Below, piece by piece: positions 36,955 to 45,265 of a DNA stretch of 64,000 nt. Every line of letters starts with the position of its first letter. Positions within the stretch are counted from its first letter, which is position 1. The stretch is from Candidatus Limnocylindrales bacterium (GTDB taxonomy: Bacteria > Actinomycetota > Actinomycetes > Mycobacteriales > Micromonosporaceae): the NCBI GenBank assembly GCA_036377915.1, contig DASUXL010000186.1, positions 3,168 through 67,167 on the forward strand. Reading direction: 5' to 3'. Under the pieces are notes generated by a model that was given only the letters and a program-made list of their open reading frames with translations, ran no database searches and was not told the DNA's origin. The position numbers were made by a program, and so were the translations under genes.

Positions 36955-39903
36955 GTGCCCCGTGCCAGTTGGATAGCCGATCTGCACATCCACTCCAAGT
37001 ACTCCAGGGCATGCAGCAAGGATCTGGAGTTGCCCAACCTGGCCTACTGGGCACGCCGCAAAGGCATCTCCCTCTTGGGCACCGGCGACATCACCCACCC
37101 GGCGTGGCTGTCGCACCTGGAGGAGAGCCTCGAGGAGGCCGAGCCCGGCCTTTACCGGCTGCGGGAGAGCATCGACCACCGCCTGCCCTCGTCGCTGCGG
37201 GGCGAGCCGGCAAGGTTCATGCTCAGCGGCGAGATCTCGACCATCTACAAGCGGGACGATCGCACCCGCAAGGTCCATCACCTTGTGTACTTTCCGGACC
37301 TCGCCTCGGCGGGCCGGTTCCGGGAGGCGTTGCTGCGCGCCGGATGCAACCTGGGCAGCGATGGCCGGCCCATCATCGGCCTGGATTCGCGCGATCTGCT
37401 GGAGATGACTCTTGCGGCGCACGAGGATGCCTATTTGGTACCCGCCCACATCTGGACCCCATGGTTCAGCGCCCTCGGTTCCAAGTCCGGTTTCGACGCC
37501 ATCGCCGACTGCTATGCCGACCTCGCCTCTCACATCACGGCTGTCGAGACCGGCCTGTCCAGCGATCCGGAGATGAACCACCGGGTGTCCAGCCTTGACT
37601 CCTACCGCCTGGTGTCCAACTCGGACGCCCACTCGCCGCAGGCGCTTGGCCGCGAGGCGACCAGTTTCGACTGCGAGCTCGACTACTTCGCGGTCAAGCG
37701 GGCGCTGGCGAGCGGCGACGGGCTGGTGGGGACGATCGAGTTCTTTCCCGAGGAGGGCAAGTACCACGCCGACGGCCACCGCGACTGTGCCGTGAACTGG
37801 TCGCCGGGGCAGACGCGCGCGGCCAAGGGGGTCTGCCCGGTCTGCGGCCGCCAGCTGACCGTCGGGGTGCTTGCCCGGGTGGAGGATCTGGCCGACCGGC
37901 CCGCCGGGGTCCTGACGAGGGGTGCCAAGCAGGTCACGCATCTGATCCAGCTGCACGAGATCATCGGCGAGATCGAGGGTGTGGGGCCTAAGAGCAAGAC
38001 TGTCGAAGGCAGGATCCATTCGCTGGTGGCGGCGCTCGGTGCCGAACTGACCATCCTGATGCGCACGCCGCTGGTCGAGATCGAGGCGGCAGGGGGCGAG
38101 CTGCTCGCCGAGGGGGTGCGCAGGTTGCGCGCCGGCCGGGTGGATAGAGTTCCTGGCTTTGACGGTGAATACGGGGTGATCAAGCTGTTCCGGCCCGAGG
38201 AGCTGCGCTCGTCCGGCGACGCGCTGTTCGACCTGCCGGCTGCGCCGCCGGCGGCGCGCAAGCGAAGGCCGGCGGCGGAGAAGCCGCCGATGGCGCGCAA
38301 GCCGGTGAGCGCTCCCCCGCTGCCCAGCATCGCCTCCCCGCACGAGCCGTTCGAGCCGATGCTCGCCGGCATGGAGGAGGTCGGCACGGGGCTGCTCGAC
38401 CGGCTCGATGCCATGCAGCGGGTGGCGGCGTCGGCGCCCGGAGGTCCGTTGCTGATCGTGGCGGGTCCGGGGACGGGCAAGACCCGCACGCTGACGCATC
38501 GCCTTGCTTACCTGTGCGCGGAGATGAACGTGTACCCGGAGCAGTGCCTGGCGATCACGTTCACCCGGCGCGCCGCCGACGAGCTGCGCCACCGCTTGGG
38601 CAGCCTGCTCGGGCCGGTCGCCAAGGACGTGACGGTCTCGACCTTCCATGCGCTGGCGCTCTCGCTGCTGCGCGAGCAGGATCCGGGGCTGGAGGTAAGC
38701 GAGGAGACCCTTGACACGCTGGTGCCGGAGGCGGTGGCGTCGCTCAAGGCGCAGCCGTCGCTTGTGGACAAGCTGCGCGCCCGGTGGCCGTGGGTGTTCG
38801 TGGACGAGTACCAGGACGTCGACGAGCACCAATATGAGCTGCTGCGGCAGCTGGTGCCGGCGGAGGGCAACATCTGCGCCATCGGCGACCCGGACCAGGC
38901 GATCTACTCGTTCCGCGGTGCCGACGTACGCTTCTTCCTGCGCTTCTCGCAGGACTTCGTGGACGCCCGGGTGGTGCGGCTGACCCGCAACTACCGCTCC
39001 TCCGCCCCGATCATCGCGGCCGCGGTGCAGGCGATCGCGCCAAGCTCGCTGATCAAGGGGCGGCGGCTCGATCCGGCCAAAGTGGATCTGGAGGCGCCGC
39101 TGATCGGGCGCTTCCACGCGGCCGGTGCCGCCGACGAGGCCGCCTTCATCGCCAAGAAGATCGACGAGCTGGTGGGCGGCATGTCCCACCGCAGCAAGGC
39201 CGACGTGCGCGGGGTGACCGGCACGAGCGTCTCCTTCGGCGACATCGCGGTGCTTTACCGCACGGACGCGCAGGCGGCGAGCATCGTGGAGGCGCTGGCG
39301 AAGGCTTCGGTCCCGGTACAGAAGCGTTCGCACAACCGGCTTCGCGACCGCGCCGGAGTCGGTGCTCTCTTATCCGAGCTGCGCCTCGAAAGCGGGACGA
39401 CCGGTCCGGTGACCGCCCGTCTCAAGCAGCTCGCGCCCAAGGTGGAGGACGGGTACGCCGCCGTCGACCTGCTCCTGCCGCTGGCCCAGCGCTGCGGCCA
39501 GGACCTCGAACGGTTCCTCGCCGAGGTGGCGCTGGGCGCCGAGGTCGACTCGCTCGACCCGCGCGCCGAGGCGGTGACGCTGCTGACCCTGCACGCCGCG
39601 AAGGGCCTGGAGTTCCCGATCGTGTTCCTCGCCGGGTGTGAGGACGGGCTGCTGCCGCTGCGCATGCCGGGCAAGAACCCGACCGACGACGAGGTCGCCG
39701 AGGAGCGCAGGCTGTTCTTTGTCGGTCTCACCCGGGCGCAGCGCCGGCTTTTCCTGACCCACGCCGCCCGCCGCACCCGCTTCGGCAGCGAGCGGGACGT
39801 GCGGCCGACGCCGTTCCTGGCCGCGATCGACGACGGCCTGATCGAGCCGCTGGGCGAGTCGGCGCCACGCCGCCCCAGGGATTTGCAGCTGCGGCTAATC
39901 TGA
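36955..39903 (+). CDS. Endonuclease Q-like PHP domain fused to UvrD/Rep SF1 helicase
   Basis: ADLHIHSKYS, PAHIWTPW, ETGLSSD, SNSDAHS, GKYH...C..CPVCG; helicase AGPGTGKT, DEYQD, GDPDQAIYSFRGA, NYRS, TLHAAKGLEF, EERRLFFVGLTRA. Confidence 0.9.
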   Translation: MPRASWIADLHIHSKYSRACSKDLELPNLAYWARRKGISLLGTGDITHPAWLSHLEESLEEAEPGLYRLRESIDHRLPSSLRGEPARFMLSGEISTIYKRDDRTRKVHHLVYFPDLASAGRFREALLRAGCNLGSDGRPIIGLDSRDLLEMTLAAHEDAYLVPAHIWTPWFSALGSKSGFDAIADCYADLASHITAVETGLSSDPEMNHRVSSLDSYRLVSNSDAHSPQALGREATSFDCELDYFAVKRALASGDGLVGTIEFFPEEGKYHADGHRDCAVNWSPGQTRAAKGVCPVCGRQLTVGVLARVEDLADRPAGVLTRGAKQVTHLIQLHEIIGEIEGVGPKSKTVEGRIHSLVAALGAELTILMRTPLVEIEAAGGELLAEGVRRLRAGRVDRVPGFDGEYGVIKLFRPEELRSSGDALFDLPAAPPAARKRRPAAEKPPMARKPVSAPPLPSIASPHEPFEPMLAGMEEVGTGLLDRLDAMQRVAASAPGGPLLIVAGPGTGKTRTLTHRLAYLCAEMNVYPEQCLAITFTRRAADELRHRLGSLLGPVAKDVTVSTFHALALSLLREQDPGLEVSEETLDTLVPEAVASLKAQPSLVDKLRARWPWVFVDEYQDVDEHQYELLRQLVPAEGNICAIGDPDQAIYSFRGADVRFFLRFSQDFVDARVVRLTRNYRSSAPIIAAAVQAIAPSSLIKGRRLDPAKVDLEAPLIGRFHAAGAADEAAFIAKKIDELVGGMSHRSKADVRGVTGTSVSFGDIAVLYRTDAQAASIVEALAKASVPVQKRSHNRLRDRAGVGALLSELRLESGTTGPVTARLKQLAPKVEDGYAAVDLLLPLAQRCGQDLERFLAEVALGAEVDSLDPRAEAVTLLTLHAAKGLEFPIVFLAGCEDGLLPLRMPGKNPTDDEVAEERRLFFVGLTRAQRRLFLTHAARRTRFGSERDVRPTPFLAAIDDGLIEPLGESAPRRPRDLQLRLI

Positions 39904-39911
39904 ACCGCATC

Positions 39912-40352
39912 ATGGCTCCCACCCCCGAACCCCCGCCGCGGCCGCGTTTCGGCGGCCGCGCGCCCGCAGTGCTCGGTATCGCCGGGCTGCTCGGTGCGCT
40001 CGCGATCTTTGCCGTGGTTCTGGTCTCGGTCGACGCGCTACCCAATCCGCTGGCCCTGGGCGACGAGATGGTCGCGGAGAGTCCGATGCCGAGTGCCGGG
40101 CCGCTGCGGCCGTCAAAGTCGGCACGATTTGCCGACCAGGGTGACTGTGTCATCAATCGCGGGTCGGAGTCCGAGCCCGACATGTTGCTGGTGAACTGTG
40201 CCCCGGACACCTACGAGGTGCTCTCCCGGATCGAGGGCACGACCGATTACAGCGAGTGCGACAAGGTCGACGGCTACCGGTTCCACTACTTCTACAACAG
40301 CGAGCTGGGAGACAAGTTCGATTTCGTCCTGTGCATGCGCAAACGGTCTTGA
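39912..40352 (+). CDS. Membrane-anchored protein with 4-Cys extracellular domain (LppU-like)
   Basis: One TM; GDCV, VNC...YEVLSR, EC, VLC. Confidence 0.65.
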   Translation: MAPTPEPPPRPRFGGRAPAVLGIAGLLGALAIFAVVLVSVDALPNPLALGDEMVAESPMPSAGPLRPSKSARFADQGDCVINRGSESEPDMLLVNCAPDTYEVLSRIEGTTDYSECDKVDGYRFHYFYNSELGDKFDFVLCMRKRS

Positions 40353-40362
40353 TAATGGATGT

Positions 40363-40845
40363 ATGAGACCAGTACGTGGATTGGCACGCGCTCTCCTCGG
40401 TGGACTGTTCATCGCGGCCGGAAGCCAGGCGCTGCTGCGCCCGGGACGCTTTGAGGCGCAGGTCGCGCCGTTCGCCGACCAGTTGGCACCCCTGCTGAAG
40501 CGGATCGACGACCGCATCCCGACCGAGGCCAAGACCCTCGTACAGATCAACGGTGCCGTCCAGGTGGGCGCCGGTGTGCTGCTGGCCACCGGCACCGCTC
40601 CCCGCCCGGCCGCGGCCTTGCTGGCCGGCACGCTCATCCCGGCGACCGTTGTCGGCCATCCTTTTTGGAAGATCGAGAACAAGACCGTTCGCCACGCCGA
40701 GCAGGTCCAATTCGCCAAGAACCTGGGCTTGCTCGCCGGGCTGCTGCTGGCGGCGGCGGACACCGCCGGAAACCCGAGCCTGCGCTGGCGAACCGAACGG
40801 GCGGTGAAGAAAGCGCGCGAGAAAGTAACCAAGCGCGACGATTAA
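40363..40845 (+). CDS. DoxX family membrane protein
   Basis: ARALLGGLFI, GHPFW, FAKNLGLLAGLL. Confidence 0.85.
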   Translation: MRPVRGLARALLGGLFIAAGSQALLRPGRFEAQVAPFADQLAPLLKRIDDRIPTEAKTLVQINGAVQVGAGVLLATGTAPRPAAALLAGTLIPATVVGHPFWKIENKTVRHAEQVQFAKNLGLLAGLLLAAADTAGNPSLRWRTERAVKKAREKVTKRDD

Positions 40846-40993
40846 CCCGTTAACTATCTTGAAATGTCGCAAATCAGTGTGGGATCCGACACGGTTGGGT
40901 AACACGGGAGTAAACGGTGTCATGACCCCTTCTACGCTTGTCATACCACCTGACGCCCGGGTGCTTTCGGCTGCGCCGGGTTCGAGACTCTAG

Positions 40994-42469
40994 ATGGAGG
41001 TCGCGGCTGGCATGCCGGTGATCGGCGGGCACCAAACTTCCAGCCCCCTACGCGGGCTCAAAGCTTTAGGCCCTCTACGCATCCCTGTCCAGCTCGGCAT
41101 CGTCGCCGCCGTCTGCTACCTGTCCTGGCTGGCCATCCAGGCATGGGGGCGCCCGTATGACTTCTTCGACATGAAGATCTATCACGGCGCCATGGTCTGG
41201 TGGACGCAGGGCGGCGAGCTGTACGACTACATCTATCCGCACATCACGCTCGGTTACACATACCCGCCGTTCGCCGCGTTGACGATGCTGCCGATGGCCG
41301 GTCTCAACGCGGTCCAGGCCGCCTGGTTCAACGTCGCCTTTGGACTGATCGCGCTGACCTTCGTCTGCGCCGTCCTGATCAACCCGATCGCCCGCCGCCA
41401 GGGCTGGCCGCGCTGGTGGACGGTGGCGCTGGCGGTGCCGGCGTTCGCCGCGATCGAGCCGGTTCGCGAGAGCCTCGGCTATGGCCAGGTCAACCTGCTG
41501 CTGTTCGCCCTGGTGATCGCGGATCTGGTGGCGCTGCGCAAGGGCTGGCGCTGGGCGGGGGTCGGCATCGGGCTGGCCACCGCGATCAAGCTGACCCCGG
41601 CGCTGTTCATCATCTACCTGCTGACCAGCCGGCAGTGGCGCACGGCGATCACCGCCGCGGGCACGGCGCTTGCGGTCACGGTCGCGACCCATCTGGTGGT
41701 ACCGGAGGAGTCCGCCACCTATTGGGGCACGGTCATCTGGAACACCGAGCGGGTCGGGGCGGCCGACATGACGCCGAACCAGTCGCTGGCCGGCCTGGTG
41801 GCGAGGTTGCAGGACACGGCGCACGCGCCCGGCCTGCTGTGGGTGTCGTTCATGCTGGTCATGCTGATGATCGGCTTGTCCCGGGCGCGGACCTCGCACA
41901 CCGAGGGCGATGAGCTGACCGCGTTCACCATCGTCGGGTTGACCTCCAATGTGGTGAGTCCGATCTCGTGGTCGCACCATCTGCTGTGGGTGATTCCCGC
42001 GATCATCGCGCTGTCCGATCAGGCGCTGCGCCGCCGCACGGCGAGCCGCGGGATCGCCGCCCGCGGTGGCATGGCCGGGTTGCGGGAGCCGATCTGGTTC
42101 CCGGCGCTGACCGGTGCCCGCCACGCCGCAGCCGCGGCCGCGCTGTTAGTGCTGTTCCTGGTGTCGCCGATCTGGCCCTATGAGCATCAGCTTCCGGCGG
42201 TGTCGCACTGGGCGGACGGCGTGACCGGTGTGCTGTGGGAGAACTCGTTCGTGATCGCCCTGATCCTGCTGGTGGCGATGCTGCCGTTCCGGCCGGGTGC
42301 CGAGCCCGCCTTCGGCCCGGTCGCCGCCGTGATCGTGCCGCAACTGCGCCGCGTGCCGCGGCGGGAACCCACGACTCCGCGACAGGCGCCGGCGGCGACA
42401 TCGGCAGCGTCGGCTACATCGCAGCCAGCCGAGCCAAAGGACGTCCCCCCGGGCGTCAGGGGCAGTTGA
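40994..42469 (+). CDS. GT87-type polyprenol-phosphate-sugar glycosyltransferase
   Basis: FDMKIY, YTYPPFAAL, GQVN, AIKLTP, NQSL, SPISWSHH. Confidence 0.88.
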   Translation: MEVAAGMPVIGGHQTSSPLRGLKALGPLRIPVQLGIVAAVCYLSWLAIQAWGRPYDFFDMKIYHGAMVWWTQGGELYDYIYPHITLGYTYPPFAALTMLPMAGLNAVQAAWFNVAFGLIALTFVCAVLINPIARRQGWPRWWTVALAVPAFAAIEPVRESLGYGQVNLLLFALVIADLVALRKGWRWAGVGIGLATAIKLTPALFIIYLLTSRQWRTAITAAGTALAVTVATHLVVPEESATYWGTVIWNTERVGAADMTPNQSLAGLVARLQDTAHAPGLLWVSFMLVMLMIGLSRARTSHTEGDELTAFTIVGLTSNVVSPISWSHHLLWVIPAIIALSDQALRRRTASRGIAARGGMAGLREPIWFPALTGARHAAAAAALLVLFLVSPIWPYEHQLPAVSHWADGVTGVLWENSFVIALILLVAMLPFRPGAEPAFGPVAAVIVPQLRRVPRREPTTPRQAPAATSAASATSQPAEPKDVPPGVRGS

Positions 42470-42863
42470 CCCACTCTTCGGTGCCGTCGGCGAAGCGCTG
42501 GTGCTTCCAGATCGGGATGCGCTGCTTAACCACGTCCACCAGGCGGGCGCACGCGTTGAACGCGGCCGCCCGGTGCGCGGTGGAGACGGCGGCGGCAAGC
42601 GCGACCTCGCCGATGGCAAGCGGTCCGTGGCGGTGCGAGACCGCGATGGCGTAGACATCGGGGTCGGCGGCGATCTCGGCCGCGACCTCGCGCAGCACCT
42701 CCTCCGCGGACGGGTGCGCCTCGTAGGTCAGGGCGGTCACTGTCCGTCCGTGGTCGTGGTCGCGCACCACGCCGGTGAAGCTGACCACCGCGCCGGCGCG
42801 CGGGTCGGCGACCGCCTTCTCGTGCTCGGCGATGTCCAGCGGTTCGGTGGTAACTCTGATCAT
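42456..42863 (-). CDS. moaE: Molybdopterin synthase catalytic subunit
   Basis: GAVVSFTGVVR, L.YEAH, HR.G.L.IGE, K...PIWK. Confidence 0.93.
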   Translation of the reverse strand: MIRVTTEPLDIAEHEKAVADPRAGAVVSFTGVVRDHDHGRTVTALTYEAHPSAEEVLREVAAEIAADPDVYAIAVSHRHGPLAIGEVALAAAVSTAHRAAAFNACARLVDVVKQRIPIWKHQRFADGTEEWVNCP

Positions 42864-44029
42864 GGGAACTCCAGCAGCTCGACCCGCTGGGCGGGCAGGC
42901 CCTGCCCGTGCGGCGGGATCACGGCGAAGCCCTGCGAGCCGGCCAGGCCACGCAGCATCGCCGAACCAACGTGCGGCACCGGAACCCAGTGTGCGCCGTG
43001 CCGTCTGACCAGCGCCAGATGGGTGAAGTCGCCGCGCCCGGCGACCGGGCCGCCGAGTGTGCCGCTGCCCAGCTCGGGGTGTGGCGCGCCGGTCAGGCCG
43101 GCAAGCAGCGGGCTCACCAGGGACATGAGGGCAACCAGCGCGGACTGCGGGTTGCCGGGCAGGCCGGCGACGAAGGGGCCGCCGGGAATTTTCGCCATCA
43201 TCATCGGGTACCCGGGACGCACGGCAACGGTGTTGACCAGGTACTCGGCGCCGACGGTGCCAAGGGCCGGGTGCAGGTGGTCCACCGGCCCCCGCATCGT
43301 GCCACCGGTGGTGCAGATGACGTCGACGCCGGAGGCCAATGCCTGCCGCAGGGCGTCGACGTGCGCGTCAAGGGTGTCCTCGATCGGCCCGATCACGGAC
43401 ACGCACTCGGCACCGAGCCGCCGCAGGAACGCCGGCAGGGGTGGCCCGAGCGCGTCGCGGACCCGGCCGCCGCCGGGAGGTCCGGAGGTGAGCAGCTCGT
43501 CGCCGAAGATGAGCACGGCCGCCCGTGGCCGGCGGGCAACCTTGAGCGAGTCGTAACCGCAGGAGGCGGCGAGCCCGATGATGCCGGGGTTGACCCTGGT
43601 GCCGGCCGCGAGGAGCTCCTCGCCCGCGTGCGCCTCCTCGCCCGGTTCGCGCCACTCGGCGCTGGCCCGCGGCTGGCCGGCGACCTTGTCACCGTCGACC
43701 GTGGACTCCTCCACGCGCAGGATGGCGCCGGTGCCCGCGGGCACCATGGCACCGGTGGCGATCTCGATGGCGGTGCCGTCGGTGGCAAGCGGTGGGGCCT
43801 CGTGCCCGGCGAGCACCCGGCCGGGAACGATGCGCCACGGCCCGTCCCCGCGCACCGCCCAGCCGTCGATGCTCGAGGTCGGGAACGCGGGCAGGTCGGT
43901 CAGGGGCGCCACGGGTTGGGCAAGGACCATGCCGTCGGCCTCCGCCAGCGGCACGCTGACCGGCTCCAGCCGGGCCTGCAACCCGGCCTGGTACACCGTC
44001 TTGCGCGCCTGCACCCAGTCGATCGGCAT
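42860..44029 (-). CDS. moeA: Molybdopterin molybdenumtransferase
   Basis: P.FPTSSIDGWAV, IATGAMVP, GDEL, TTGG, LPGNP.SA. Confidence 0.9.
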   Translation of the reverse strand: MPIDWVQARKTVYQAGLQARLEPVSVPLAEADGMVLAQPVAPLTDLPAFPTSSIDGWAVRGDGPWRIVPGRVLAGHEAPPLATDGTAIEIATGAMVPAGTGAILRVEESTVDGDKVAGQPRASAEWREPGEEAHAGEELLAAGTRVNPGIIGLAASCGYDSLKVARRPRAAVLIFGDELLTSGPPGGGRVRDALGPPLPAFLRRLGAECVSVIGPIEDTLDAHVDALRQALASGVDVICTTGGTMRGPVDHLHPALGTVGAEYLVNTVAVRPGYPMMMAKIPGGPFVAGLPGNPQSALVALMSLVSPLLAGLTGAPHPELGSGTLGGPVAGRGDFTHLALVRRHGAHWVPVPHVGSAMLRGLAGSQGFAVIPPHGQGLPAQRVELLEFP

Positions 44030-45015
44030 CAGTGGTCACCACCTTTGAGCTGCTCCACGGTGTGGGCGAGCACGTCGCCGAGCACGGCGAGGCCGTCGCG
44101 CACACCGCCCGTGGATCCGGGCAGGTTCACGATAAGGGTCCGCCCTGACACTCCGGCCACTCCGCGCGACAGCGCGGCGAGCGGGGTCTTGCCACGGGTG
44201 CGGATGGCGTCGGCGATGCCGGGGACCTGGTAGTCGAGCACGCTCTCGGTCATCTCGGGGGTGCTGTCGTTGGGGTTGACGCCGGTGCCGCCCGTGGTCA
44301 CGACCACGTCCGGTTTGGACTCCAGCGCTGCGCGCAGCGCCTCGCGCACCGGCTCTCCGTCGACCACGACGTCCTTGCGCAAAACCTTGCAGCCCAAGCG
44401 TTCAAGGCCGGCGACGAGGAGCGGCCCGCCGGTGTCGGCGTAGACCCCGGTGGCCGCGCGGGTCGACGCCACGATCACGACGGCGGTCATCGATTTCTCG
44501 ACGGGCAGGTCTTCCGATGGCTCGTTCGTCCACAGCCCGGTCTTGCCGCCTTCCTTGCGCAGCACGCGGACGTTGTGGATTGACGCCGCCGGGTCTACCG
44601 CCTTGATCATGTCGATGAAGGCAAGCCCCGCAACGGTCACGCAGGTGAGCGCCTCCATCTCGACGCCGGTGCGATCGGCGGTGCGTACGGTCGCTTCAAT
44701 CCTGACTCCCGACTCAAATGGGGTCAGCTCAACGGTCACGCCGTGGATGGCGATCGGGTGACAAAGCGGGATGAGATCCGGAGTCCGCTTGGCCGCCATT
44801 ATTCCGGCGAGCCTCGCGACGCCGATCGCGTCGCCCTTCGGTACCCCCTGATTTAGCAGTTCAAGCACCTCAGGGGTGGTGTGCACTTCGCCTGCCGCTA
44901 CAGCGCGTCGAACACTTACCCCCTTATCTGTGACATCGACCATCCTCGCTGCGCCTTTATCATCAACGTGGGTTAGTTGTTTGCCGTTCGATCCATCTGG
45001 AGAAAGGTCAGCCAC
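44029..45015 (-). CDS. moaCB: Bifunctional MoaC-MoaB/Mog fusion
   Basis: MoaC ARMVDV, LIPLCHP, GVEMEAL, GGKTG; MoaB TTGGTG...D.TPE, NLPGS. Confidence 0.92.
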   Translation of the reverse strand: MADLSPDGSNGKQLTHVDDKGAARMVDVTDKGVSVRRAVAAGEVHTTPEVLELLNQGVPKGDAIGVARLAGIMAAKRTPDLIPLCHPIAIHGVTVELTPFESGVRIEATVRTADRTGVEMEALTCVTVAGLAFIDMIKAVDPAASIHNVRVLRKEGGKTGLWTNEPSEDLPVEKSMTAVVIVASTRAATGVYADTGGPLLVAGLERLGCKVLRKDVVVDGEPVREALRAALESKPDVVVTTGGTGVNPNDSTPEMTESVLDYQVPGIADAIRTRGKTPLAALSRGVAGVSGRTLIVNLPGSTGGVRDGLAVLGDVLAHTVEQLKGGDH

Positions 45016-45072
45016 TCCACGAGCCTATCGGTAAGGGCGGAGACTGAAGACTGCACAGTGCGTAGGCGAACG

Positions 45073-45087
45073 GTCACCAACCGTGAC
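45073..45087. promoter_or_regulatory. Candidate BldD-type operator
   Basis: GTCAC-CAACC-GTGAC fits TNAC-N5-GTNA; upstream of the GGDEF-EAL gene. Confidence 0.55.
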
Positions 45088-45191
45088 ATTTCGCCTTTCT
45101 CATATGCTATGTGAACTCTTCTATCCAAATCGGCCGTCGCGAAACTACGCTCCTTCCCAGAAGTTCGCAAGGGGGAGATGAGGAGGCAGAA

Positions 45192-45215
45192 ATGCGGCAG
45201 TGGGAATGGAAGTGA
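45192..45215 (+). CDS. Candidate 7-aa leader peptide MRQWEWK
   Basis: AGGAGG (45181-86), 5 nt, then ATG CGG CAG TGG GAA TGG AAG TGA. Confidence 0.45.
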   Translation: MRQWEWK

Positions 45216-45265
45216 CGATGGCCTAAGCTGGCGTGCGACTCGCCGTTGTCTATGGAGACGCCGCC

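Noticed and set aside
40899-40915. GTAAC-N6-GTAAA as a GlnR/MtrA site upstream of the GT87 gene
   Set aside because: Single short imperfect match that cannot be told from chance
44650-45015. Lower-GC patches (moaC 5' end, 21700-22000) as horizontal transfer
   Set aside because: Short, inside conserved core genes, and with no mobility signatures
45192-45215. MRQWEWK as a RiPP precursor (WxW)
   Set aside because: No P450 or dedicated radical SAM maturase adjacent; the only radical SAM gene is MoaA
45120-45232. c-di-GMP-I riboswitch before the GGDEF-EAL gene
   Set aside because: Fragments (gcgaaac, cgcaag, gcctaag) do not form the required two-stem arrangement by eye; an Rfam scan would settle it
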